A stretch of DNA of 64,000 nt, taken from a virus. The notes below the pieces were generated by a model, which saw only the letters and a program-made list of their open reading frames with translations, was not told the DNA's origin and searched no databases. Location of the stretch: the IMG/VR virus record IMGVR_UViG_3300047168_000018, positions 7,887-71,886 of that record; one strand, 5' to 3'. The position numbers and the translations under genes were made by a program. Position 1 is the first letter of the stretch; each line of letters starts with the position of its first letter. Below, in pieces: positions 1-8,724 of the stretch.

Positions 1-628
1 CACCGCGCACCTTTCTATGGGGATCGGCGTAGTAGCAGATGCGAGAGCACCAGTTGCGGGCTTTCACCCTGTTTGCCTTTTTCAGGAACAGGATGCCGCA
101 TCTGACGCACTCTACCGGCGGCTTGAACGTCCCTACGCGCAGGATAAGTGCGGCCGATTCAGGGTGTCGTATAGCGTGACACGGAGCGCAGAGTATCTGG
201 ATGTTGGTCTCGTCCGTGGCAAGGTCGGGCCGATCCACGACGCGTTGAATGTGGTGGGCCTGCAATCTGTCGGTGCTGCCGCAATCAGCACAAACGCTGC
301 CTGGCTTGACTTGGCGGCTTGTGAAACTGTTCACGGTTCCGGTGCGGTGACTTTTCTTGCCGCCCTGCCAGTTAAAATGAAGCTCCCCGGCCTTCATTCG
401 GCCAATCGTTTTCCTGGCGCACGCAACAGAACAATGCGTCTGTCTTTTGGCAACAGATGGCGTAACGCTGAATGTGCGCGAACACTCCTTACAGACCCTG
501 TCTACCCTGATCGGCTTCTTGCGCGGCGGCGGCGAAACGGCAGCATGGCACCTGTGCGAGCAAAACCGGCCTATATGGCGCGGATCGCGAGTGTAGATAA
601 CGCCACATGCCTCGCACGCCCTCTGCAT
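1..628 (-). CDS. HNH endonuclease with CxxC zinc-finger repeats (3' end runs off the window; not in the ORF track)
   Basis: Manual translation of the - strand from ATG 628 (GGAGG upstream) is open to position 2: MQRACEACG..FCSHRC..CKECS..HCSVAC..HFNWQGG..CADCGSTDRLQAHHI..NIQILCAPCHAIRH. Confidence 0.85.
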   Translation of the reverse strand, partial: MQRACEACGVIYTRDPRHIGRFCSHRCHAAVSPPPRKKPIRVDRVCKECSRTFSVTPSVAKRQTHCSVACARKTIGRMKAGELHFNWQGGKKSHRTGTVNSFTSRQVKPGSVCADCGSTDRLQAHHIQRVVDRPDLATDETNIQILCAPCHAIRHPESAALILRVGTFKPPVECVRCGILFLKKANRVKARNWCSRICYYADPHRKVRG

Positions 629-663
629 TCCAATCCTCCCGTAAACCCAAAGGAGATAGTAAC

Positions 664-1524
664 GTGGCCATAACTCATGTCGAGGGAGCGTTCGAACCGG
701 AACACTTTAGCAAAGAATTCGGCTTCAGTGGATCAACGGCCGGCCAGCGCGCGCCGCGCGGTGCCCAGGAAGACGAGACGCCGGCATCAAGCAAGATTCG
801 CGGCAAGAGCGCGGTCCCATATGACGCCGACGTGGCGACGCACGGCAGCCACATGGGCGGCTTCGAGGAACACGGCAAGGGCACGATGGACTTCGCCAGG
901 GGTGGGGAAGTGCATCACCCGCACGGCCACGAGCCGATGCACGAGGAGGAACACATGGGCGGCGGCCGCAAGGTGCATCACATGCACGGCGGCCATTCGA
1001 TCCATCACCCCGACGGTCATGTGACGCATCACCATCACGACGGTTCGGAAGTGCCCGCGCATATGGCGCGCGGCGGCCACTCCGGGACGATGCACCCGCA
1101 CGGCCACCACATCACGCATACCGAGCACAAGTCCGATGGCCGGGTCATCATGCACCACGCTCACGGCGGCCATTCGGTGATGCACCCGCACGGGCACATG
1201 AGCCACCATGGCGCCGACGGTGCCCCGGCGCACATGGCGATGGGCGGCCACCACGACCCCGAGAGCGAATACGTCCACAAGGCCCGGGGCGGCCACCAGC
1301 TTGCCGGCAAGCCGCAGACCCTTCCCCGCGACATGAAGCCGGCCGGGATGCGCCACCACTCGCCAATCGAGACCGCTCCGCGCGATCCTGGCATCACCAC
1401 CACGCCGCGCAACCAGATGAGCGGCGGCGAGATGGGCTACGGCGTCGAACCCTCGGCCGAACCCGACACGGCCGGCGACGGCCAGGGCATCCCGCAGATG
1501 AGGCGCGGCGGCCACAAGCGGTAA
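664..1524 (+). CDS. His/Met/Gly-rich repeat protein punctuated by A-x-G-G motifs
   Basis: GTG start with AGGAG at 651-655; about 47 His by hand count; two ~55-aa repeats; FARGG, MARGG, MAMGG, KARGG, MRRGG. Confidence 0.85.
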   Translation: MAITHVEGAFEPEHFSKEFGFSGSTAGQRAPRGAQEDETPASSKIRGKSAVPYDADVATHGSHMGGFEEHGKGTMDFARGGEVHHPHGHEPMHEEEHMGGGRKVHHMHGGHSIHHPDGHVTHHHHDGSEVPAHMARGGHSGTMHPHGHHITHTEHKSDGRVIMHHAHGGHSVMHPHGHMSHHGADGAPAHMAMGGHHDPESEYVHKARGGHQLAGKPQTLPRDMKPAGMRHHSPIETAPRDPGITTTPRNQMSGGEMGYGVEPSAEPDTAGDGQGIPQMRRGGHKR

Positions 1525-1527
1525 GTC

Positions 1528-1806
1528 GTGAACCCCGATCTGGCGCTCGCCCAGGCAGGCACGATGCGTGTCTGGGCACAGGAATGGGAACGCAAGGCCA
1601 TCGCCGATCCGGTGATCCATGCCGGCTACGGCGAGGTCGCCCTGCTGCTGCGCCGCGCCGCCGATCAGGCGGCGAAGGCGGTCGGCCCGGCAATCCGGCA
1701 CGACATGATCGCGGAACCGTCGGCGAAGCCTGTTTTCGTCGATCATGGGATCGCGCCGACGCCGAACACCGAGTACGTCCGGCCCGACGAGGAAGCGGAC
1801 GGCTGA
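1528..1806 (+). CDS. hypothetical protein
   Basis: Fills the operon gap 3 nt after the previous stop; phage-like codon usage. Confidence 0.65.
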   Translation: MNPDLALAQAGTMRVWAQEWERKAIADPVIHAGYGEVALLLRRAADQAAKAVGPAIRHDMIAEPSAKPVFVDHGIAPTPNTEYVRPDEEADG

Positions 1807-1839
1807 CACCGCTTTGATGGTCTGATAGATAAAGGTCAC

Positions 1840-1883
1840 GGGTCGGCGCGATGCCGCTGGCTGTTCCTCCCTTGGAGCAAGCC
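1840..1883 (+). promoter_or_regulatory. leader motif copy 1 (GGCGCGATGCC hairpin plus SD-sequestering hairpin)
   Basis: GGGTCGGCGCGATGCCGCTGGCTG is 21/24 identical to 33415-33438; TGTTCC can pair with GGAGCA (SD). Confidence 0.55.
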
Positions 1884-2087
1884 ATGCCGGTCGTCAGCAA
1901 AGCGCAATCGCGGTTCTTCCATGAGATGGCCGAGCATCCCGCCGAGGCAGCGAAGCGCGGCATCAAGCCGTCGGTCACGCGCGAGTTCCTCGACGCCGAT
2001 CACGGCCGCTCGCTCAAGAACCTGCCCGATCACGTCGAGCGCAAGGCTGAAGGCGGCGCGGTCCGCCCGGTGCCGTTCAAATGGTAG
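1884..2087 (+). CDS. small phage late protein (MPxxSKAQxRF type) with KAEGG motif
   Basis: GGAG SD; MPVVSKAQSRFF..AKRGIKPSVTREFLDAD..RKAEGGAV. Confidence 0.75.
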   Translation: MPVVSKAQSRFFHEMAEHPAEAAKRGIKPSVTREFLDADHGRSLKNLPDHVERKAEGGAVRPVPFKW

Positions 2088-3211
2088 TACCGACATCGGG
2101 AACGGTCTCGACGTTCAAGGTCAACCAGACCACGATCATCAATCACGCGATGCGCCGCGCCGGCCGCGCCCCGGAAAAAGCCTCGGCCGAAGACATTCAG
2201 ATCGCGGTCGAGAGCATCAACAGCATCCTCAGTCAGTGGATCAACGCGGGCTTTCCGCTGTGGACGCGGCAGTACCTTTTGCTCGGCCCCGTCGGTGGAT
2301 CGCCCGACATCGTCCTGCCGCTCGGCACCGACGATGTGTTTCATACCTATTGGCGGGCGTTGAACCCCTGGCGGGGCGCCGCGACGCTGTCGACCGGGGC
2401 CGATGGTTCCGTGCTGTTTGCCGGCGCACCGAGCGCCGACCTGTCGATTGCCGGGCCAAACCCGTCCGTCTCGGTCTCGTTCGGTTCGGCGATAGAGGTC
2501 GACACCATTGGCGTGCTGCCAGGCGCGTCAGGCGCGCAGACGGTCGCGTTGCAGGTGCAGGTCTCGTCCGACGGGGTCAACTGGACAACGGCGCAGACCC
2601 TTCCGAGCAGCACCTACGCGGCGTCGGCCTGGACCTACTTCGATCTCGACCCGTCGATCACGGCCGCCTATGTGCGGCTGCTCAACCCGATCACCGGCGC
2701 GTGGTCGCTCAACCAACTGAATTTCGGCTTTGCGAATGCCTACGAGGTCGAGATCGGCCCGCTCAACATCGACGACTACTGGAACCTGCCCAACAAGCAA
2801 TTTCAGGGCAGCCAGCCGAACTCCGGCTATGTCGACCGGCTTCTTCCCCAGCCGATCATCAAGATTTGGCCGACGCCGAACGTGCAAGCCTTCTACAACG
2901 GCTGCGTCACGGCCCTCGTGCGCCGCTACATCCAAGATCCCGGAACGCTGACCCAGGCCATTGAAATTCCGCAACGGGCGATCGAAGCCCTGCAATGGCG
3001 GCTGGCGAACATCCTGATCTACGAACTGCCCGATCAGGACGCGGGCGGCGGCACGCAGGCGCAGGCGTCGTACTTCACGCTGATGGCGAAGCAGCAGCGC
3101 GTGCAGAACATCGCGCAAGAGGCGGCGAAAGCCGAGGCGCTGTTCTGGGCAGAGGAGCGGACCAGGGCACCCGTGCGGCTTGCGCCGAACATTTCGGCGT
3201 ACACTCGATGA
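2081..3211 (+). CDS. head-to-tail adaptor-like protein with inserted beta-sandwich domain
   Basis: TSGT..F..IINHAMRRAG..SINSILSQWINAGFPLW; YWNLPNK..G.P; IWPTP; EIPQR motifs; position in the structural operon. Confidence 0.65.
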   Translation: MVVPTSGTVSTFKVNQTTIINHAMRRAGRAPEKASAEDIQIAVESINSILSQWINAGFPLWTRQYLLLGPVGGSPDIVLPLGTDDVFHTYWRALNPWRGAATLSTGADGSVLFAGAPSADLSIAGPNPSVSVSFGSAIEVDTIGVLPGASGAQTVALQVQVSSDGVNWTTAQTLPSSTYAASAWTYFDLDPSITAAYVRLLNPITGAWSLNQLNFGFANAYEVEIGPLNIDDYWNLPNKQFQGSQPNSGYVDRLLPQPIIKIWPTPNVQAFYNGCVTALVRRYIQDPGTLTQAIEIPQRAIEALQWRLANILIYELPDQDAGGGTQAQASYFTLMAKQQRVQNIAQEAAKAEALFWAEERTRAPVRLAPNISAYTR

Positions 3212-3217
3212 ACGTCG

Positions 3218-3246
3218 TTCGCGAAAATGCTCTGGTCGGATATTAT
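3218..3246 (+). promoter_or_regulatory. putative sigma70-type promoter
   Basis: TTCGCG-N17-TATTAT in the intergenic gap. Confidence 0.4.
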
Positions 3247-3253
3247 TGCGGGA

Positions 3254-3290
3254 CGCCGGCTGCTTGGAACAGCACGGCGCCCCTGACCAC
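3254..3290 (+). repeat. hairpin element copy A (TGYT-N3-ARCA core followed by TGACCAC)
   Basis: CGCCGGCTG-cttggaa-CAGCACGGCGCC-cc-TGACCAC, nearly identical to 14809-14845 outside the loop. Confidence 0.7.
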
Positions 3291-3306
3291 ATGCGGCGGT
3301 TCTTAA

Positions 3307-3882
3307 ATGCCCATCTTTCTGGACACGCGGGGCCTTGGAAATGTTGCGATTGCAATATGCGCGCGCTGTAGTTGCAAATATTCGTATACCTCGCTTAAAC
3401 CCGACCCTAACTTTCCCGGCCTGCGCTGCTGTCCCGACGGATGCCTCGACCAAATCGACCCCTGGCGGCTTGCTCCGCGTCCGACCGAGAACATCACGCT
3501 AGAGTTCGCCCGCCCCGATGTCGACATCTCGGGCTATGGCGCAACGCCAATCTACGCGCCGCCGCCATCGTCGCCCAGCTACTTCTCCAACGACGGCGGC
3601 GTGCTGGTGTTTGCGAAAGCCTCCTACGCAGTCGGCTATCCGACTTCGTTCATCGGGCCGCCGGGCGGCGTCTACAACAACGGCCTGACGGTCGGCATCT
3701 ACCCCGGCGTGACGCCAAACCCGTCTGCCCCCCCGGTTTATTTCGGGCAGATCACGCCCGCGCAGCTTCTGGCGCTCGGCGGCGGCAACCTGCCGCTTGG
3801 GGTCAACGGTGCGCCGCCAGGCACGGTGCCGGTCGGATCGAAGCAGCTTTTCAACAACGGCGACGAGGTCAACATCGCATGA
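3307..3882 (+). CDS. Cys-rich phage neck-region protein
   Basis: AIAICARC..LKPDPNFPGLRCC..CLDQIDPWRL..ENITL..ARPD; stop overlaps the next start (ATGA). Confidence 0.75.
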   Translation: MPIFLDTRGLGNVAIAICARCSCKYSYTSLKPDPNFPGLRCCPDGCLDQIDPWRLAPRPTENITLEFARPDVDISGYGATPIYAPPPSSPSYFSNDGGVLVFAKASYAVGYPTSFIGPPGGVYNNGLTVGIYPGVTPNPSAPPVYFGQITPAQLLALGGGNLPLGVNGAPPGTVPVGSKQLFNNGDEVNIA

Positions 3883-6800
3883 AGTCGGTTCTTGCCTTTC
3901 TTGTCGCAATGGTCTGGACGATGGCGGCTTATGGACAGGCCAGCCCGACCTATCAGAGCCTGACTGTGCTTGGCACGACGACGCTGGGCGGCAACTTGGC
4001 GATGCCGAGTTGGTCGCAAACCAGCAGCGCCGATGCCGCCCTGAATATCACCACCGGCAGCAACAACAGCTTCAACCTCACGGTTACCGACCATAGCAGT
4101 GCTTTCATCGGCTATCCGATGTCGCTTTATTGGATCAACCAGAACCCAGGTTTTACCGGACCTTACGAAGGTAATTATCAGCAGTATTCTCCGCTTGCCG
4201 TTGAGGGCATAAGTTCTCCTACATCTACTGGCAATACCAGCGCGGCTAATTTTGGCGTCCGTTCGTATGGCAACAATCCATCCAGCGCCTACGATGTCGA
4301 TATCAATAATCAGTGCCTGAAATACGGGCAAAACTCGAACTGGTGCTATGTCGCGAACCTGAACGATTTCAGCGGCAGGCCTGTCCAAGCCTTCGGCAAC
4401 TGGAACGAGGAACTTGACATCATCGCAAATGGGCCAGATCCGGTCCAATGGGATTCAAGTTATGCAATGCCGCACGCCGGCGGACGCGTCGGGGAATATC
4501 TGAATTTCTCGAATCTAGACCTTAGCGGCATAAGTATTGCCGCCGGTGGCTGGGCATGGGCGGCGAACACCGCCATAAAGGCCATGGGGGTCAACAAGGC
4601 GGACTATTTCGGCGCTCAAGTGCTGAAGGTCTACAATAGCTTTATCCCATACCTCTGGTATTGCGTTACTGGCGGCACGACGGGCGGTACGGAGCCGGCT
4701 TTTCCGATCCCGGCGGAGTTTGTCGGCGCCATCGCATCCGGGACGCTGACGGTCACGAATTGGCAATCGACCTCATCGCCGATTGCCGTTGGAAATTACC
4801 TGACTTGGCAGGGCGCCAACGCGGATGGCACCGTGCTGGTAGTAGCACTGGGAACCGGCACGGGCGGAAACGGAACCTACACCGTGACAGGGGCGCCGAC
4901 GACCCTCTCGGCGGTCGGTATGTATGGTGCGCCGCACATCACCGATGGCACAGCCGTATGGGCGTTTGGCGAGAATTTTCAGGAGATTGTCAGCGCCGGA
5001 ATCTGGTTCACCGGAACGGGCGCTATCGGCACCGTGATCGGCGGTTCCAACACGATCACGAATGCCGTTCTGGACACGACGCAATTCCCGATCAGCAGCG
5101 GAGGTGCCGCAATCAGGCTGGCTCATGATCAGATCATAGACCTGACTGGTGCGGGCACCACTGCATCGCAGAACCAGCACACGCTGCGCTGGTCGTCTGC
5201 AACGGGGCCGACTGGCGGATTGGCCTACACGAACCCAGACGGGACCGTGTTCGACATTCAGGACTCCAACGACATGATGGAGGCGCAAGGGATCACGTCT
5301 CTTGCGTGGGGCGCGAAGGGCAACGTCAACGGTATCGTCACCGGCTACCGTCCCGCCGGGCTGACCGTGGGCTGGAATTTCGATGGTGGGGCCGAGACCA
5401 ACCTCATGACCAATGCAAACGGGTTTTCCGTTCACACGATCAGCGCAGGGGGCGTGCCCTCGACCTCGCCGTATTTTCAGATGAATGGGTCAGGCGTTGT
5501 TACCACGAACCTTGGCCTGACCACATTTTCGCAGAGCAGCAGCGCAGATCAGGGGTTGAACCTTTCGTCCACGGCCTATGCCCTAAACCTGTCCACTACG
5601 GCCGTCACCTCCACGGGTTTCGGAGCATATCCGCTGAATCTGCAATACACAAACAACGATCCGAACTTCACCAGCCCGAGCGGCGGGAATTATCAGCAAT
5701 ACGCGCCGCTAAAGGCACGCGGCCTAATCAGTCCTGTTGGCACCGGAAACGTGAGTGCTGCGCAATTTGAAGTAGACGATTACAGCCAAAATCCGTCTGA
5801 AAGTTACAATTATCCGGTGAACCTTATTGGAGCGAAATACGGCCAATCCTCAATGTGGGGACAGGTTAATTTTCTGATAGACAAAACAGGGCGGCCACCG
5901 CAAAACATCGCGGCCTGGAACATCGAACAGGACATAGAAGCCGATGGCGCTGACTTTACGCCGTGGGACCCGAATTACTACAAGGCGATAGCAGGTTCGC
6001 GCGTTTTCAATTTTCATTCGCTTATTACTTTGCCGCAACCCGCATGGACGGCCAATACGGCTGTCGGGCCGCTTGGTGGCACTGGCGATCAATATGTCGG
6101 CGCCAATGTTATTCAGGCTACCGTTTCCGGCACTCCGTATCTTTGGTATTGCGTGACGGCTGGCACGACCGGCTCGACGCAGCCGACATGGACGGCGCCG
6201 GTTGAGTTTACTGCGACCATCGCCAGCGGGGTTATGACGGTATCAAGCGTGACGCAGGGCACGCTTGCGGTCGGTCAATACATCACGAACCAGAACTTCA
6301 TCGTTCCGGTACAGATAACGTCGCTCGGAACCGGGACGGGCGGCGTGGGAACCTATAATCTAAGCAACAGCAGCGTTTCGGTCGCTAACTCCACCGGCAT
6401 GTATGCCGCGCCCCAGGTCGCGGATGGCACGGCGGTATGGGCGTTCGGTGAAAATGCAGCTATGTCGGTCAGCGTCGGAGACTGGTGGGGCGGCAGCAAT
6501 ACCAGCACCTCTCTTAATACCGTGATCGGCGGAACTACCAGCGTTAGTGGCGGCGTGCTGGATTGTTCGCAGTTTAATCTGTATTCGTCAAATTCGGCTT
6601 GCTTGCGCGTCGGAAGCGGCCAAAAGATCGACTTGACTGGTAACGGAACGCAGGCCGGAAACAACCAGCACACTATTTCCTATACTTCGAGTGCCCTTCA
6701 ATACACTGTTGCCGGATCGGCGGCATTAACCATCACCGATACAGGCGCCATGAGTGTTTTTGGCACCTTGGGCAACACTGGCACGGCACATTTGGCTGGC

Positions 6801-7325
6801 GGCACCGCTGCAAATTTATATGGTGTTGGTTCCGGTTACAGTTCCCGTGGCCTCACGTTTGGATACAACCTTAACAACGGCAACGAGGCCGACCTGCTGG
6901 TCGGCAGTGTCGGCGGCACCGATGGTCTGCGCATCTATGGCATTGGCGGCGGCGGCTTCCTCACGTCTAGCACTCCGCTAAGTGATCTTGACCTAAACGG
7001 AGACCTAGCCCTTTCGGGCACGCTTACCTACGTCGGTCACCAGATCAACACGCAGGTCACCGCGCCCACCGTAGCCCAATCCGGCGGCACCGGCTCCACG
7101 ACGCTCGACAGCGGCGCCACCGACACGAAGGGCACTGCCACCGAAGGAACTGCGGCCACAGGCTTCGTGGTCACGTTTCACACCGCCTACGCGACCGCGC
7201 CTGATTGCGTCGTAACCAGCCCTACCGGATCGGCACTGACCAGCTACACGCCCGCGACCGGCACGCTCACCGTCGTCAACGCCGCGCTGACCGGCGCGAA
7301 GTTCACCTATGTCTGCATCCAATAG
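3879..7325 (+). CDS. fibre/spike-like protein (1148 aa) with N-terminal signal peptide and a ~500-aa tandem duplication
   Basis: ATG 3879 is coupled to the upstream stop; MKSVLAFLVAMVWTMAAYG|QA; G/T/S/N-rich beta composition; C-terminal VTFHTAY..PDCVVT..YVC tip domain. Confidence 0.8.
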   Translation: MKSVLAFLVAMVWTMAAYGQASPTYQSLTVLGTTTLGGNLAMPSWSQTSSADAALNITTGSNNSFNLTVTDHSSAFIGYPMSLYWINQNPGFTGPYEGNYQQYSPLAVEGISSPTSTGNTSAANFGVRSYGNNPSSAYDVDINNQCLKYGQNSNWCYVANLNDFSGRPVQAFGNWNEELDIIANGPDPVQWDSSYAMPHAGGRVGEYLNFSNLDLSGISIAAGGWAWAANTAIKAMGVNKADYFGAQVLKVYNSFIPYLWYCVTGGTTGGTEPAFPIPAEFVGAIASGTLTVTNWQSTSSPIAVGNYLTWQGANADGTVLVVALGTGTGGNGTYTVTGAPTTLSAVGMYGAPHITDGTAVWAFGENFQEIVSAGIWFTGTGAIGTVIGGSNTITNAVLDTTQFPISSGGAAIRLAHDQIIDLTGAGTTASQNQHTLRWSSATGPTGGLAYTNPDGTVFDIQDSNDMMEAQGITSLAWGAKGNVNGIVTGYRPAGLTVGWNFDGGAETNLMTNANGFSVHTISAGGVPSTSPYFQMNGSGVVTTNLGLTTFSQSSSADQGLNLSSTAYALNLSTTAVTSTGFGAYPLNLQYTNNDPNFTSPSGGNYQQYAPLKARGLISPVGTGNVSAAQFEVDDYSQNPSESYNYPVNLIGAKYGQSSMWGQVNFLIDKTGRPPQNIAAWNIEQDIEADGADFTPWDPNYYKAIAGSRVFNFHSLITLPQPAWTANTAVGPLGGTGDQYVGANVIQATVSGTPYLWYCVTAGTTGSTQPTWTAPVEFTATIASGVMTVSSVTQGTLAVGQYITNQNFIVPVQITSLGTGTGGVGTYNLSNSSVSVANSTGMYAAPQVADGTAVWAFGENAAMSVSVGDWWGGSNTSTSLNTVIGGTTSVSGGVLDCSQFNLYSSNSACLRVGSGQKIDLTGNGTQAGNNQHTISYTSSALQYTVAGSAALTITDTGAMSVFGTLGNTGTAHLAGGTAANLYGVGSGYSSRGLTFGYNLNNGNEADLLVGSVGGTDGLRIYGIGGGGFLTSSTPLSDLDLNGDLALSGTLTYVGHQINTQVTAPTVAQSGGTGSTTLDSGATDTKGTATEGTAATGFVVTFHTAYATAPDCVVTSPTGSALTSYTPATGTLTVVNAALTGAKFTYVCIQ

Positions 7326-7333
7326 GAACCCCA

Positions 7334-7591
7334 ATGAACCGCCCCACCATCATCCTCGCCCTCTCCCTCATCGCAGTTCCGGCTGTGGCGCAGGAAGCGC
7401 CGCAACTGCCAGCAACGCTCACCGTGCCATCCAGGGATATGGTGACCCTGATGCACTACCTTGAGACACGTCCGCTCGGTGAGGTGGCCAGCCTCTACAG
7501 TGCGCTGTCTCAAGATGTGCAACGGTCGGTCGAGGCGCAGCGCGCGCCGCCAGCGCCGCCGCAATCTAACGTGGCACCGAAAACCCCCTGA
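7334..7591 (+). CDS. small helical protein (possible fibre chaperone) with signal peptide
   Basis: AGGA SD; MNRPTIILALSLIAVPAVA|QE; LMHYLETRPLGEVASLYSAL resembles small proteins found next to phage fibres. Confidence 0.7.
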   Translation: MNRPTIILALSLIAVPAVAQEAPQLPATLTVPSRDMVTLMHYLETRPLGEVASLYSALSQDVQRSVEAQRAPPAPPQSNVAPKTP

Positions 7592-7592
7592 C

Positions 7593-7745
7593 ATGGCCGC
7601 CCAAACCTGCAACGGTTCGACGAACGTCAGTGCGATGGCCGCTGTCACGGATGCCACGTCACCGACCTACAACGCGACACTGACTGGCGGCGGTGCTGTT
7701 CATATCCCCGTCTTCTGCAACGGCACCGCCTGGACGGCGCACTGA
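7593..7745 (+). CDS. 50-aa stand-alone fibre-tip-like module
   Basis: AVTDATSPTYNATLTGGGAVHIPVFCNGTAW; stop overlaps the next ATG. Confidence 0.55.
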   Translation: MAAQTCNGSTNVSAMAAVTDATSPTYNATLTGGGAVHIPVFCNGTAWTAH

Positions 7746-8056
7746 TGGGCGTCCCCTTCACCACGATCCTGTCGGCGGCGGTCTGGAACGCCAATGCACC
7801 TTATGCGCTGGGTGCGAGCGTGGTCCCGGTCAACATCAACGACCCGGCCCAGGTGACCCCGCAGAAGCAATTCGTGTGCATCGCGGCTGGCACGTCGGGG
7901 TCGTCGCCGCCTTCATGGACGAAATCGGACGGGACAACTGTTACGGACGGCACCGTGACGTGGCTCAACTACGGATGGTGCCTTGACTGCATCACGCCCC
8001 CGCCCAGCCAATCGCCTTATGGCGGTTTTCCGTCACCCTTTCCGCCGGTGTCCTGA
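7745..8056 (+). CDS. small virion-associated protein with a CBM5/12-like aromatic motif
   Basis: WNANAPY..FVCIAAGTSGSSPPSW..VTDGTVTW; the same motif occurs twice in the 3879 protein. Confidence 0.7.
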   Translation: MGVPFTTILSAAVWNANAPYALGASVVPVNINDPAQVTPQKQFVCIAAGTSGSSPPSWTKSDGTTVTDGTVTWLNYGWCLDCITPPPSQSPYGGFPSPFPPVS

Positions 8057-8724
8057 TGCCGACCTATGTGAACTTCAGCAGCCTGATCGGCGATTTGCAG
8101 GTCTACCTCGAACGCGGTGGATCGGCGCTTACCGACCCGACGGTGTTCAACCAGCTTCCGCGCCTCATCAACGCCGCCGAGCGCAAACTCGCTCAAGTGC
8201 TGAAACTGCAGGGCACGCTCGAAGTGCTCGTCGATACCGCCGGCCTCGCCCAAGGCGTCGCCGTTGTGACAAAGCCTGATCGGTGGCGCGGCACCGTCTC
8301 GATCAATTACGGCTCGGGCGCAAATTTCAACACCCGAACCCAGCTTCTTCCCCGATCCTACGAGTATTGCCGCGCCTACTGGCCCGATGACACCGTGACG
8401 GACAGCACGAACCCCCCGTGCTTCTATGCCGATTACGACTACAACCACTGGCTGATCGTGCCGACGCCCGATCAGACATACCCGGCCGAGTTCAACTGCT
8501 ACATGCAGCCGCCGCTGCTCGACAGCACCAATCAGACGAATTTCTTCAGCGAATATACCCCGAACGCGCTGCTCTACGGTGCGCTGCTTGAGGCAACGCC
8601 GTTTCTGAAGAATGACGAAAGGTTGGCAACTTGGACGGCGATGTGGCAGCAGGAAATCCAGACACTGAGCGGGCAAGACCTCGACAAGATTCTTGATCGG
8701 GCGTCGGAGAGGAAGAACCCATGA
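8056..8724 (+). CDS. phage adaptor / tail tubular protein A-like
   Basis: LIGDLQVYLER..QLPRLINAAERKL; VPTPDQTY; TNFFSEYTPNALLYGALLEATPFLKNDER. Confidence 0.75.
   Translation: MPTYVNFSSLIGDLQVYLERGGSALTDPTVFNQLPRLINAAERKLAQVLKLQGTLEVLVDTAGLAQGVAVVTKPDRWRGTVSINYGSGANFNTRTQLLPRSYEYCRAYWPDDTVTDSTNPPCFYADYDYNHWLIVPTPDQTYPAEFNCYMQPPLLDSTNQTNFFSEYTPNALLYGALLEATPFLKNDERLATWTAMWQQEIQTLSGQDLDKILDRASERKNP

Noticed and set aside
17-673. 218-aa + strand ORF in the track
   Set aside because: Antisense shadow of the minus-strand HNH gene; no motif or SD support
3441-3878. N-terminal 146 aa of the 1294-aa ORF
   Set aside because: Arg-rich off-frame read of the 3307-3882 gene; the true start is the coupled ATG at 3879
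4002-7030. Diversity-generating retroelement (TR/VR) explanation for the fibre duplication
   Set aside because: Copies are long, in frame and diverged at all bases rather than only at adenines; no reverse transcriptase in the window
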